The notes: a model not told the origin generated them from the sequence alone. Counted from the stretch's first letter, positions 17,878 to 27,894 are shown. The stretch: 63,488 nt of DNA from Syntrophomonadaceae bacterium (GCA_036725705.1 DAIMDR010000001.1:1-63488), one strand, 5' to 3'. Made by a program: numbers and translations.

Positions 17878-18065
17878 ATTCTCCGAGCCTCTTGGTCTAA
17901 GGCACTAAAAGCTATGATTATCAGGCCATTGGGTTCATGAGCAAACTTATGGGCCTTCCATTATGTAAAGGAGATGCTTAGGTTAGATTATTTGCATAGA
18001 CCTGGATTTTTAAAAGTTCCTGGCTTTGTAAAAAATGGCCGGCATTTCTGTCGGCCATTTTTATT
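17878..18065 (+). promoter_or_regulatory. Riboswitch-like leader unit A: Moco/Tuco-like core plus intrinsic terminator upstream of the [FeFe] hydrogenase operon
   Basis: The core spans 17878-17976: ATTCTCCGAGCCTCTTGGTCTAAGGCAC...ATGATTATCAGGCCATTGGGTTCAT...ATGGGCCTTCCATTATGTAAAGGAGATGCTTAG. The terminator ATGGCCG-GCATTTCTGT-CGGCCAT plus TTTTATT spans 18031-18065. It is paralogous to units B and C, including the CATTTC terminator loop. Confidence 0.6.
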
Positions 18066-18269
18066 GGGAACTTTTAAATAAGGCTTCAGTTGCTTAAGGA
18101 TATTTAGGCCTGAAAGTCAATTCAAGGGGAGGTGAGCAATAGGAAGCCATATTATTTCAACATTATAGCTTCCTGAATAAAGAATCCGGTTTATTGGTGG
18201 GTGAGGGAATTGAGGAACTTTGTCGTGCTTCCCTCAAACCGTAATTAGAAATTGGAGGAGGGATAAGGT

Positions 18270-19439
18270 TTGAGCACAGCTACATTAACAGACACAGAGA
18301 TCATTAAGATAACTAACAAATGCAAAGCCTGTGATCACTGTACTTCTGTGTGTCCGACCGGCGCTGCTAAAGGCCTTCTCGGGCAAAAACATTATATTGA
18401 TTATAAAACCTGTATAAACTGTGGACAATGTCTGATCAACTGTCCTTTTGGCGCGATTACTGACAGTAGTACCGTAGATCAGGTTAACCAGGCCCTGAAA
18501 GACCCCGGTAAAACAGTAATCGTTCAGGAAGCTCCTGCTGTCCGGGTAGCACTGGGAGAAGAATTTGGACTGCCCATCGGCACCAATGTCAAGGGCAAAA
18601 TGCATGCTGCTTTGCGTAAACTGGGTTTTGACAAGGTATACGATACTGAATTTGCTGCTGACCTGACTATTATGGAAGAGGGCACCGAATTGATTCACCG
18701 GGTATTTAAAATGGCCGGAGTAGCAGGTTTCGAGGATAGAGGGCCATTGCCCCAGTTTACATCCTGTTGTCCTGCCTGGATTAAATATGCTGAAGATAAA
18801 TACCCGGCCGTACTGCCACATTTATCATCGGCCAAGTCTCCGCAGCAAATGTTTGGAGCCATAGCCAAAACCTATGCAGCCAAAAAGCAGGGAGTTAATC
18901 CAGCTGATATGGTATCCGTGTCAGTTATGCCCTGCACCGCCAAAAAATATGAATCCGAGCGTCCCGAAATGATAGCCAGCGGCTTTAAAGATGTTGATTA
19001 TGTAATAACTACCCGTGAATTGGCCTCCATGATTAAGGATGCCGGAATTGATTTTGCAAACCTTCCGGATGAAGAAGCTGATAAGCTAATCGGTTCTTCT
19101 ACCGGTGCAGCTACCATTTTCGGAGTTACCGGTGGAGTTATGGAAGCCGCCTTGCGTACTGCCTACGAAGTTCTCAGCGGAGAAAGCCTGGATAAAGTAG
19201 AGTTCAAGGCGGTACGCGGTATGCAGCCGGTGCGTGAAGCTACCGTGGAAATTCCCGTCAAAGATTTGGGGATAACCTTACCGGTCAATGTCTGTATAGT
19301 AACCGGTACCAAATATGTTGATAAAGTAGTTGAGGATGTAATAGCCGGTCGCAGCAACTATCACTTTATTGAAGTGATGAACTGCCCGGGCGGATGTATC
19401 AATGGCGGTGGTCAGCCCATTCGTCATGAAATGTATTAG
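18270..19439 (+). CDS. hydA: [FeFe] hydrogenase large (catalytic) subunit, periplasmic HydA type
   Basis: Two N-terminal ferredoxin-type [4Fe-4S] motifs (CKACDHCTSVCP and CINCGQCLINCP). The H-cluster motifs TSCCPAW, MPCTAKKYE and EVMNCPGGCINGGGQP are present. A TTG start follows the RBS GGAGGAGGG. Confidence 0.9.
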   Translation: MSTATLTDTEIIKITNKCKACDHCTSVCPTGAAKGLLGQKHYIDYKTCINCGQCLINCPFGAITDSSTVDQVNQALKDPGKTVIVQEAPAVRVALGEEFGLPIGTNVKGKMHAALRKLGFDKVYDTEFAADLTIMEEGTELIHRVFKMAGVAGFEDRGPLPQFTSCCPAWIKYAEDKYPAVLPHLSSAKSPQQMFGAIAKTYAAKKQGVNPADMVSVSVMPCTAKKYESERPEMIASGFKDVDYVITTRELASMIKDAGIDFANLPDEEADKLIGSSTGAATIFGVTGGVMEAALRTAYEVLSGESLDKVEFKAVRGMQPVREATVEIPVKDLGITLPVNVCIVTGTKYVDKVVEDVIAGRSNYHFIEVMNCPGGCINGGGQPIRHEMY

Positions 19440-19455
19440 GAAAGGAGGAGGGCTA

Positions 19456-19815
19456 ATGAGTATTTTTAAAGAAAAATCAGTATTTACCCGCCGACAGTTC
19501 CTGATAGGTTCAGGCATGCTGGCGGCTACTGCAGTTATAACCGGCATATTTGCCAAGTTTGGCTTTGATGCTTATGCGGTAAGTCAAGACTATATTGCCA
19601 AAAGAGCTGCTGGTCTTTATAATCTCGATGAAAAAATGGCCATAAGGAAATCCCATGAAAACCCTGAAATATTACAGATTTACAAAGACTTTTTGTCACC
19701 GGGAGAGGTTAGCCCGGTGAGTGAAAAAGCTCATCATCTCCTGCACACCAAATATGGCAGGGAAATCCCTGCTATGATTGAAGAATTACATGCTCACCGG
19801 CATGATGCGGCGTAG
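19456..19815 (+). CDS. hydB: [FeFe] hydrogenase small subunit with a Tat signal peptide (HydB type)
   Basis: The ATG at 19456 follows AAAGGAGGAGGG. The N-terminus is MSIFKEKSVFTRRQFLIGSGMLAATAV, a twin-arginine signal. The 119-aa size matches Desulfovibrio-type small subunits. The track ORF start at 19402 lies inside hydA. Confidence 0.8.
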   Translation: MSIFKEKSVFTRRQFLIGSGMLAATAVITGIFAKFGFDAYAVSQDYIAKRAAGLYNLDEKMAIRKSHENPEILQIYKDFLSPGEVSPVSEKAHHLLHTKYGREIPAMIEELHAHRHDAA

Positions 19816-19826
19816 GAGGTAATAAT

Positions 19827-20486
19827 ATGAGCGAAATTAATGGAAAAGTACTTAAACACGGTGAACAAACCCGAACCATGCACTGGGTGCATATGATAGC
19901 TTTCATTATCCTGGCCTTGACCGGTATTGGTTTCTACTTTGATATCGGCTTTATTGCCGGAATTTTTGGCGGCGAAGCCAACTCTTCCCTGGTTCATCGC
20001 TGGGCGGGAGTAGTATTTACCGTTGGTCCTGCTCTTTATATTTTATTAAACTTTGAACGCTTTGCCCGGTTTATGAATACTATCGCTACCATTACCAAAG
20101 ACGATATCGGCTGGCTGAAAACCATGGGAGGCTATATTCCTTTCCTGAAAGGAGAAGTACCGCCGCAGGATAAATATAATGCCGGCCAGAAAATGCTGGG
20201 GCATTTAATCATTATTGGCTGCCTGCTGATGATACTGACCGGTTTCCCCATGTGGTTATGGCGGGCAGTAGTACCAGCCGCCTTTTTGGCCTTTTGTTAC
20301 AATATTCATTTTTGGGTGGCGGTGATATTGATTCTGGCCATTGCCGGTCACTTTTTCCTGGCAGCTATTCACCCCAAATCCAGAGTGGAATTTGCTTCCA
20401 TGATGATGGACGGCTATATTGATGCCGAAATCAGTGCCCATCACAACGAAAAATGGTTTAATAGTTTGCAGGAAGTAAAAGAATAA
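19827..20486 (+). CDS. b-type cytochrome membrane subunit (FdnI / hydrogenase cytochrome b family)
   Basis: 219 aa with four TM helices, the motif RTMHWVHMIAFIILALTGIGFYF and conserved His residues in the helices. It lies 11 nt after hydB. Confidence 0.8.
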   Translation: MSEINGKVLKHGEQTRTMHWVHMIAFIILALTGIGFYFDIGFIAGIFGGEANSSLVHRWAGVVFTVGPALYILLNFERFARFMNTIATITKDDIGWLKTMGGYIPFLKGEVPPQDKYNAGQKMLGHLIIIGCLLMILTGFPMWLWRAVVPAAFLAFCYNIHFWVAVILILAIAGHFFLAAIHPKSRVEFASMMMDGYIDAEISAHHNEKWFNSLQEVKE

Positions 20487-20500
20487 GCAGTTTATTTATA

Positions 20501-20530
20501 AACCCGGTCTAATATAGATCGGGTTTTTTT
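20501..20530 (+). terminator. Rho-independent terminator of the hydAB-cytochrome b operon
   Basis: Stem AACCCGGTC/GATCGGGTT followed by T7, 15 nt after the stop codon. Confidence 0.8.
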
Positions 20531-20629
20531 ATAAGTTTTTGAATAAAAATCCCTTTATCATTAATTTGATTAGCTCTCCCGGAAATGGCATTATATAAGC
20601 ACCTGGTTATCACCGGTTAAAGGAGAGTC

Positions 20630-21133
20630 ATGTCCATGTTATGTGAATCATTTGCCCCGATTGCCGCACCGGATGCCCGCGTATTGATTCTGGGCAGCAT
20701 GCCGGGGGTAATGTCACTGCAAAAACAACAATACTATGGTCATCCCAGAAATCACTTCTGGCCAATAATATTCTCGGTAATAAATAAACCATTGCCTGAA
20801 AATTATGAGGCGAGAGTGCAGGGGCTGATGGATAATAAAATTGCCCTCTGGGATGTATTGCGTTACTGTCATCGCGAAGGCAGCCTGGATTCACGCATAA
20901 AAAATGAAGTGCCCAATGATTTTAATGATTTATTAGCTAAGCTTCCCCAGCTTAAACTAATTTGTTTTAATGGAAGCAAAGCTGCTCAGATGTGGAAAAA
21001 ACATGTTAACTGTTCTGCCGAAAACCTGGATTTAATACTTCTGCCCTCTACCAGTCCGGTACCGGGTAAAAATATCAAAACCCTGCAGGAAAAACTGGCC
21101 GTCTGGAAAATTATTGCCGATTATTTGAATTAA
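20630..21133 (+). CDS. DNA-deoxyinosine (hypoxanthine) glycosylase, UDG superfamily family-6-like
   Basis: 167 aa with ARVLILGSMPGVMSLQKQQYYGHPRNHFWPI and LLPSTSPVPG, patterns typical of this glycosylase family. The ATG at 20636 is an alternative start. Confidence 0.65.
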   Translation: MSMLCESFAPIAAPDARVLILGSMPGVMSLQKQQYYGHPRNHFWPIIFSVINKPLPENYEARVQGLMDNKIALWDVLRYCHREGSLDSRIKNEVPNDFNDLLAKLPQLKLICFNGSKAAQMWKKHVNCSAENLDLILLPSTSPVPGKNIKTLQEKLAVWKIIADYLN

Positions 21134-21199
21134 TCCTGTAGTTTAAAGTTGACATTTAAGGTGGTCCCCGGTTGTCCATTCCCTGCGAGTTATTTACCG

Positions 21200-23506
21200 C
21201 TATATGTGTTCTTCCAAAAGTTTCAGAAACAGGTCTGCCAGGCGGGGTTCAAACTGTGTTCCACTGCAACGTATTATCTCGGCTTTAGCTTCTTCATGCG
21301 ACATGGCCTTACGATAGGGGCGGTCATTGGTCATGGCATCATAGGCATCGGCCAGAGCCAGAATACGACATTCCAGAGGAATATCTTCACCAGCCAATCC
21401 CAGAGGATAGCCTTTACCGTCCCACCATTCATGGTGCATGAGGATTAGATCGGCCAGAGGGCTTAGTTCCGGTGAAGCCAGAGCAATGCGTTGTCCAATT
21501 TCAGAGTGGCGCTGCATTTCCAGATATTCTTCCGTAGTAAGCCGATCCTCCTTGAAAAGAATCCGGTCCGGTACTCCCACTTTACCAATATCATGAAACT
21601 GAGCCAGCAGTCGCAGAGTAGTAAGAACACTGTCAGCCAATCCCAAACCTCTCCCCAGCAATACTGCCAGCACCTGCATTCTTTCCCCATGACCTTCAGT
21701 AATAAAATCTCTGGCCTCCAGAGCTTTCAATAAAGTATGTACAACCGCACTGCGGGCACTTCGGCTGTGGTGAAGCTTAATGCGATTCATATAGTCATCG
21801 GCATCCTTGTAGGTTTCCCGCAGAGATACAGCCGGATCTTCTCTTACTGCTATACCAATTGACAGGCTCAACGGAAGCTCAGGATTGCTATTATTGAATT
21901 CAGTTATTTTTTCCTGTATGGATGCTGAAACTCCTTCAAGACTTTCCCGGTCCATATTGGGAAGCAGGACGGCAAATTCATCCCCGCCAACCCTGGCAAT
22001 TATTTCTTTTTTAAACACTTCCTGTAATATATGCGCAGTTTTAACCAGCAAACGATCTCCCGCCTCAACTCCCATAGTATCATTAACCAGTTTTAATCCA
22101 TCCAAATCGAGCATTATTACTCCGACTGGAATTATACCGGCGTTATCCAGACGGCTTATTTCCTCATCAAAATAAGTGCGGTTATATAAATTGGTTAATG
22201 GATCATGTACACTTAAATAGCGCAGCTCCTCTTCCAATTGCTTGCGCTCGGTAATATCACGGCTGCTAAGTATTATTCCGGTTACTTTTCCATTCTGAAC
22301 AATAGGATTTCCCAATGTTTCCGTCCATATATAATGCCCTTCCGCATGTTGGCAGCGATGATGACTGGTGGCAGGTGCTCCTGTTATCAGAGCATTTTTT
22401 AGAGCGCGGGCTATACTCCGCATATCATCCGGATGAACAAAATCAACGAACATCATCTTTTTCATAACTTCAATCGGATATCCCAATACTTTAAAATGTG
22501 AAGGACTCACATACACCAGATTACCTTTGGCATCCAACTCACTTACCAGATCCAGCATATTATCAGTTATACGGCGAAGGTTGCTTTCACTTTCGCGCAG
22601 GGCTTCCCGGGCTTTTATATCCTCGGTAATATCATCGGCCAACACCATTCCGCCGACAATACGGCCATTTTCTCTTAAAGCAGCGGAATTAATCTTTAAA
22701 AACTTCTTGCTGCCGTCCTTGTGCCTTACCGGTAAAACATAAGTTGATGAATCTCCGGTAGTTAATCTTCTTTTAATCTCTTTTTCTATCCATTCCCAGT
22801 CTTCATCGGGAAATAGTTCCCGGGTACGGAAAGTGCCGATTACTTCATCGGGTCGGTAACCAATTATTTCAAAGCACTTTTTATTAATAAATGTCAGACG
22901 GATATCCTGATCAAAGGTATAAAACAGCTCGTTCATATTATCAATCATGGTTTTATTAAACTCCAATTGCTTACGCAACTGCTGCTCAGTTTTCTGCAAG
23001 GCCTCATACTGCTGGCGCAATTCCTCTTCAGCCGCCATTAATTGCTGAAAGGCCGCTTCTGCCTGCTCGTTAGCCGCCTGGGAGCTATAATCCAGGGCAA
23101 CTACAAAACCGTTATCCCGCAATATCTCTATAGCGGCAATAATATTACCGTTGTGATCAAATATGGGGGAAGCCTTGGCCCAATAATAGACGCTTTTCCC
23201 AGTAGAAGCGACATTGATATGTCCCTCTTTGTACAAATCATCACCCTCGCGACGAAAACTCCGGTTAAATTCAGTTTCCAGAGCAGGTTCCAAAATCAAA
23301 TCAGCCAGTACCGGGCCAGGAGTGCCATAAAAATTCATGGCACAATAGCTGCTGTCCTTTCCCAGTATTTCCTCGCGGGGAATTTGAGAAATTTTTTGCA
23401 GCTGTTTGTTCCAGACAACAATTTTATGATTAGAATCAATAACAAATACAGGATCGGGAATAGAGTCCAAAATGTTCAGAAATAATTCTGTTTCTAATTC
23501 TTTCAT
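21200..23506 (-). CDS. Multi-PAS sensor with GGDEF and HD-GYP domains (c-di-GMP synthesis and hydrolysis)
   Basis: PAS/PAC repeats and a coiled-coil linker are present. The GGDEF site is RVGGDEFAVLL. The HD-GYP domain has HDIGKV ... HHEWWDGKGYP. The ATG at 23506 has the RBS GGGAGAG. Confidence 0.88.
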   Translation of the reverse strand: MKELETELFLNILDSIPDPVFVIDSNHKIVVWNKQLQKISQIPREEILGKDSSYCAMNFYGTPGPVLADLILEPALETEFNRSFRREGDDLYKEGHINVASTGKSVYYWAKASPIFDHNGNIIAAIEILRDNGFVVALDYSSQAANEQAEAAFQQLMAAEEELRQQYEALQKTEQQLRKQLEFNKTMIDNMNELFYTFDQDIRLTFINKKCFEIIGYRPDEVIGTFRTRELFPDEDWEWIEKEIKRRLTTGDSSTYVLPVRHKDGSKKFLKINSAALRENGRIVGGMVLADDITEDIKAREALRESESNLRRITDNMLDLVSELDAKGNLVYVSPSHFKVLGYPIEVMKKMMFVDFVHPDDMRSIARALKNALITGAPATSHHRCQHAEGHYIWTETLGNPIVQNGKVTGIILSSRDITERKQLEEELRYLSVHDPLTNLYNRTYFDEEISRLDNAGIIPVGVIMLDLDGLKLVNDTMGVEAGDRLLVKTAHILQEVFKKEIIARVGGDEFAVLLPNMDRESLEGVSASIQEKITEFNNSNPELPLSLSIGIAVREDPAVSLRETYKDADDYMNRIKLHHSRSARSAVVHTLLKALEARDFITEGHGERMQVLAVLLGRGLGLADSVLTTLRLLAQFHDIGKVGVPDRILFKEDRLTTEEYLEMQRHSEIGQRIALASPELSPLADLILMHHEWWDGKGYPLGLAGEDIPLECRILALADAYDAMTNDRPYRKAMSHEEAKAEIIRCSGTQFEPRLADLFLKLLEEHI

Positions 23507-23710
23507 GTGCACTCTCCCATTTAATAACAGATGGCAGCTGTTATTAGTAAATAGAAAATTCTACTTGCTTTGACAAATATCCTTCTAATACTTCAATATT
23601 TTCGTAATTTTTAATTTAAAACTTGAATAAATAATATACTTATATAACCAATAAGAATAATACAGGCTCATATAAATATAGAGTTTCAGGGTAAAATAAT
23701 TAAGGTTTGA

Positions 23711-24922
23711 TTATTGCATGGCATTATTGAAATGGGCATAGTCCAGGGCTACCCGGTTACGACCATTTCTTTTAGCCCGGTACAAAGCTTTATCTGCTCT
23801 TTCTACCAGGATGCTGGCGGGAATATTATGGGGAAAAACTGTAGCCACACCTAAACTGATGGTTACCTGGTTATAAACGGGTGAATAAGCATGAGGCAGG
23901 GACAGATTAATGATTTGTTGACGCAGGCTTTCTGCCAGCATGGCAGCTCCTTCCAATTCGGTCTCCGGCAATAATATGGCAAATTCCTCACCGCCATAGC
24001 GGGCTACCAGATCAGTAGGCCTTTTTACTCCGTTCTGCAATGCCTGCGCTACCCGGTGCAAACATTTATCTCCATTTAAATGACCATAGTTATCGTTATA
24101 AAGCTTAAAATTATCTATATCAACAATAATCAGGGATAGCGGCGTATTATTGCGCCTGCCTCGCAGCCATTCTCCGTTAAGCTGTTTATCAAAATAGCGG
24201 CGGTTGGCAATACCGGTCAAAGTATCAACTATACTATGTTCAACTAATTTACGGTGTAATTTTTCCACCTGATTCATACCGTAATTTATACTGACAAAAG
24301 TAATAAATATCCCCGTCAGTACTGCCACTATAGCACTTAGAGCCGCGACTGGCTGAGTATAAATGGAACTGCCCGGGTAAATAAGGGCAGGTGTTAACGG
24401 AATAGCTCCGCTTACTTCCATAATTGCCACCAGCGTAAATAAGGCTCCTCCCATTATGGCAGTATAAAGTGCATAGCGATAATTTAGAAATACCCGGTAT
24501 AAAGCTACGGCAACAATTATAAACATGGTAGCATAAGAGGTCAATGAACCGGCCATATAAAGAACCAGTTGATTGATACCTAATTCTATCAGGATACTGG
24601 TACAGGTTAATTGTTTTATAAGCTCATTTTTTGATTTAACAATATTAATCAGGATATTGGCCGATATATATACCAGAACCATAAATACCCAGATAGCCAG
24701 AATAACTCTTTCAACCTGGGTTTGGCCCCCCTGCCCCTTAAAAGTACTCATTGCTATAAATGAGATTAGAAATATAAGTGGAAAAACAATAACCAGGCGT
24801 ACGCGTGCCGCTATCAGGAGACGCCGGTTATGTACTTCCTCTGAACCAATAGAAGTTAAAAACTCCTGATAGAGCTTATTATTTTTGCTGGATAAATCAG
24901 ACCCCATGCTATTCTCCGCCAT
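23711..24922 (-). CDS. Membrane-anchored diguanylate cyclase (GGDEF)
   Basis: About six N-terminal TM helices, then a GGDEF domain with RYGGEEFAILL and a C-terminal YRAKRNGRNR. Confidence 0.88.
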   Translation of the reverse strand: MAENSMGSDLSSKNNKLYQEFLTSIGSEEVHNRRLLIAARVRLVIVFPLIFLISFIAMSTFKGQGGQTQVERVILAIWVFMVLVYISANILINIVKSKNELIKQLTCTSILIELGINQLVLYMAGSLTSYATMFIIVAVALYRVFLNYRYALYTAIMGGALFTLVAIMEVSGAIPLTPALIYPGSSIYTQPVAALSAIVAVLTGIFITFVSINYGMNQVEKLHRKLVEHSIVDTLTGIANRRYFDKQLNGEWLRGRRNNTPLSLIIVDIDNFKLYNDNYGHLNGDKCLHRVAQALQNGVKRPTDLVARYGGEEFAILLPETELEGAAMLAESLRQQIINLSLPHAYSPVYNQVTISLGVATVFPHNIPASILVERADKALYRAKRNGRNRVALDYAHFNNAMQ

Positions 24923-25072
24923 CCTGTAGAATTTTATGATTCTAATTATAACCTTTATTCCAATAATAACTAGTAATGGCAGGGAATTAATAAGTAGTTG
25001 TTAAGGGGGGCGGTTCTGCTATCCTCCAAAGCGGATAACAAAATCGCCCCCCTTGCCACTAACTTATATCCA

Positions 25073-25855
25073 TTATTTTCCGATTCCGGCCTTACCCCTG
25101 CTCAGATTGTGCATAACCAACATAATCTGATTACGGTCTTCCATCTTCAGGGCATTCTCCAGTCCACCACAATCCAGATTCATGTTAATGGCTTCCTTAG
25201 TAAGCCGCATGGCCATATAATCCTTGGCTACCATCAAATTGGCCAGTTCCAGAGCCGCCTCAGTAAGTTGATCACGCTCCACGCATTTGGATACAAAGCC
25301 TAGGGCTACGGCTTCTTCCGCACTCATAAAACGACCGGTCAGCATAAATTCATAAGCCCGTCCGGCACCAATTAAACGGGGCAGAAAATAGCTGCAACCC
25401 ATATCAGCCCCGCCCAGACCAACATTTACATAAAAAGCCGAAAAACGGGCATCCGTAGAAATTACTCTGATATCTGAAGCCATGGCAAAGCTGAAACCGG
25501 CTCCGGCAGCTGCACCGTGTACCACCGCAATTATGGGTTGGGGAATCTGGCGCATAGCCAATTGCAGTCTGCCCAACCGGCTTTGCCAGTCATACAGATA
25601 ATAAGTATTGGCATTTTCCGGATCTATAGGTTCAGATAAATCCAGTCCTCCGCAGAAACCTTTGGACTCCGGAGAACCGCGCATGATTACTACCCGAACC
25701 TTCAGATCGTGACGCAGCCTGGCCCACAGATCGGACAATTCATCCAGCATCAGATTGTTGACTGAATTAAGTTTTTCCGGACGATTCAGCGTCAGCCACA
25801 GGATTCCCTGTTCATCAACCTCGGTCAGCAGAGTCTGGTAATTAAAATCAGCCAT
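25073..25855 (-). CDS. Enoyl-CoA hydratase/isomerase (crotonase) family protein
   Basis: 260 aa with the crotonase-fold oxyanion-hole segments GGLDL and AVVHGAAAGAGFSFAMASD. Confidence 0.88.
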   Translation of the reverse strand: MADFNYQTLLTEVDEQGILWLTLNRPEKLNSVNNLMLDELSDLWARLRHDLKVRVVIMRGSPESKGFCGGLDLSEPIDPENANTYYLYDWQSRLGRLQLAMRQIPQPIIAVVHGAAAGAGFSFAMASDIRVISTDARFSAFYVNVGLGGADMGCSYFLPRLIGAGRAYEFMLTGRFMSAEEAVALGFVSKCVERDQLTEAALELANLMVAKDYMAMRLTKEAINMNLDCGGLENALKMEDRNQIMLVMHNLSRGKAGIGK

Positions 25856-25882
25856 CTTGTTTCCTCCCCTTTTATTTAAATC

Positions 25883-27679
25883 TTATAGGAATACTTCCAG
25901 AGGTATGTCGCTCATAAAGCCCTCATTACGGGTAAGGATCGTGCACATTGTATTAATCCGGGGCATTTCATAATCGAAATAATACTGCATGGTGATTATT
26001 TTTCCCTCATAAAAATCCTTATCCACAGAGGAATTATTACTGTTCAGCGCCGAGCATGCTGCCATACCCTGCAATAGCCATTGCCAGCCAATAGTCAGTA
26101 TACCCATCATTTCCAGATACAAAGAGGCATCACTGAGAAATCGCCCCGTATCCCCCTGCGATGCGGCCTGCAATAAATGGGATGTTACCTGATCAACCCT
26201 GGTCATGGCCTCTTCCAGAATTTTCGCCGCCGGTTTCAGGTTATTAATTTCTACAGCTGTATTTATGGTTTTGATCAATTCCTCTTTAAATAAATGGTAG
26301 GCCTGACCTTTTTTCATAATAACTTTCCTGCCCAGCAAATCCTGGCCCTGTATACCGGTAGTACCTTCATGAATGGGGTCAATGCGAATATCGCGGTAAT
26401 ATTGCTCCACGGGAAAATCTTTGCAATATCCATAACCGCCCAGACACTGAATAGCAGCACTGGTAGCCAATATGCCCATTTCCGAAGGGTAAGTCTTCAC
26501 TACCGGTACGAGGAAATCAACCAGCAGTTCGTTATTTTCCGGTTCTTTACCAGCTTTGACCAGATCTATATATTTACTTACCTGTAAACCCAATGCCAGT
26601 GCCCCTTCAGCTATGGCCCGCTGAAACATCAACATACGTTTTATGTCCGCATGATTGATAATTGCTATTTGTGGGGACTCAGGATTCTTATCATTTAGTT
26701 TTCTTCCCTGTAATCTCTGCTGTGCGTATTCCAAAGCTGCATAATAAGCGGCAGTAGCCTTTGAGGTTGCTCCTATCCCCACATTAACCCGTTCTTCATT
26801 CATCATCTGGAACATGTAAGCCAGACCTTTATGGGGTTCACCAATCAAATAACCTCTGCAACTGCCGTTGTCACCCATGGATAACTGGCAGGCGGGACAT
26901 CCCTTGTAACCCAGTTTATGCTCAATACCGGTACAAAATATATCATTGGCCTGTAAATTACCGGCTTCATCTATATAAAGCTTCGGAACCAAAAAGAGTG
27001 AAATTCCTTTAACCCCGGAAGGTGCACCTTTAATTCGGGCCAGCATCATGTGCACCGTATTATCAGTAGCATCAGTACTGCCGCCGGTAATAAATATTTT
27101 TTGTCCCTTAATAAGAAAATACCCCTGTCCGCTGTCTTCAGCGGAAGTTTTCACATCCGCCAGTGAACTGCCGGCATTGGGTTCGGTAAGGGCCATGGTT
27201 CCCTGCCACTGCCCGGCCAACATAGGTTTCAGATACAAATCCTGCAACTCTTTGGAGCCAAAGTTCACCAGCAGATTGGCTGCTCCGGCAGTCAGCTGCG
27301 GATAGGCTGATAAAGAATAATTGGCTGCTCCCATAATAAAAGTAATTACTGTATTTATTACACTGGGCAGTTGTTGTCCCCCAAATTCATAACTGGCACC
27401 CGGATTAATCCATCCGCCGGCACCACATTCCTGCATGTAAGTACGGACCACCGGATGCACCCGCGCTATACCGTCTGCATAAACCGGCGGGTTGGAATCC
27501 ATATCCTGAAAAACCGGATACATTACACCGGTGCCCAACTTGGATATCGTATCAATAATTAATTCAAAAGTATCCCGGCTGTGATCCTGAAAATACTCAT
27601 AGTTACATAAATCTTCCGCCTGTAATACTTCATAAAGCATAAACTGAATATTGCGTCGGCTGAAAAACTGTTGCGCCAT
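25883..27679 (-). CDS. Long-form acyl-CoA dehydrogenase
   Basis: 598 aa with ACAD middle and C-terminal domain patterns (TEPNAGSSL, QCLGGYGY, IHEGTTGIQ) and an extra C-terminal helical extension. Confidence 0.88.
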   Translation of the reverse strand: MAQQFFSRRNIQFMLYEVLQAEDLCNYEYFQDHSRDTFELIIDTISKLGTGVMYPVFQDMDSNPPVYADGIARVHPVVRTYMQECGAGGWINPGASYEFGGQQLPSVINTVITFIMGAANYSLSAYPQLTAGAANLLVNFGSKELQDLYLKPMLAGQWQGTMALTEPNAGSSLADVKTSAEDSGQGYFLIKGQKIFITGGSTDATDNTVHMMLARIKGAPSGVKGISLFLVPKLYIDEAGNLQANDIFCTGIEHKLGYKGCPACQLSMGDNGSCRGYLIGEPHKGLAYMFQMMNEERVNVGIGATSKATAAYYAALEYAQQRLQGRKLNDKNPESPQIAIINHADIKRMLMFQRAIAEGALALGLQVSKYIDLVKAGKEPENNELLVDFLVPVVKTYPSEMGILATSAAIQCLGGYGYCKDFPVEQYYRDIRIDPIHEGTTGIQGQDLLGRKVIMKKGQAYHLFKEELIKTINTAVEINNLKPAAKILEEAMTRVDQVTSHLLQAASQGDTGRFLSDASLYLEMMGILTIGWQWLLQGMAACSALNSNNSSVDKDFYEGKIITMQYYFDYEMPRINTMCTILTRNEGFMSDIPLEVFL

Positions 27680-27894
27680 ATACTTTTCTCCCTAAAATTC
27701 GATTTAAAAATTAAACTGCTTTTATTATAACAAATAAATTGCCTTTAAGGGGGCGGTCAAGGGGACGAATGCTTCCCAATCCAGGAACTGTACCCGGGTC
27801 ACATGTTTCATCGCAAATGCAGTCATTCCGGCAGTAATCATGAAGGTTTTTTCATCCCCTTTTTGACCTTTTGCAGGACAAATAAGTGTCAAAA

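Noticed and set aside
24998-25053. 10-bp GC-rich stem AAGGGGGGCG/CGCCCCCCTT with a 33-nt loop downstream of the crotonase gene.
   Set aside because: No U-run follows on either strand and the loop is large. It could be a weak terminator or a protein-binding site, but I have no basis to assign a function.
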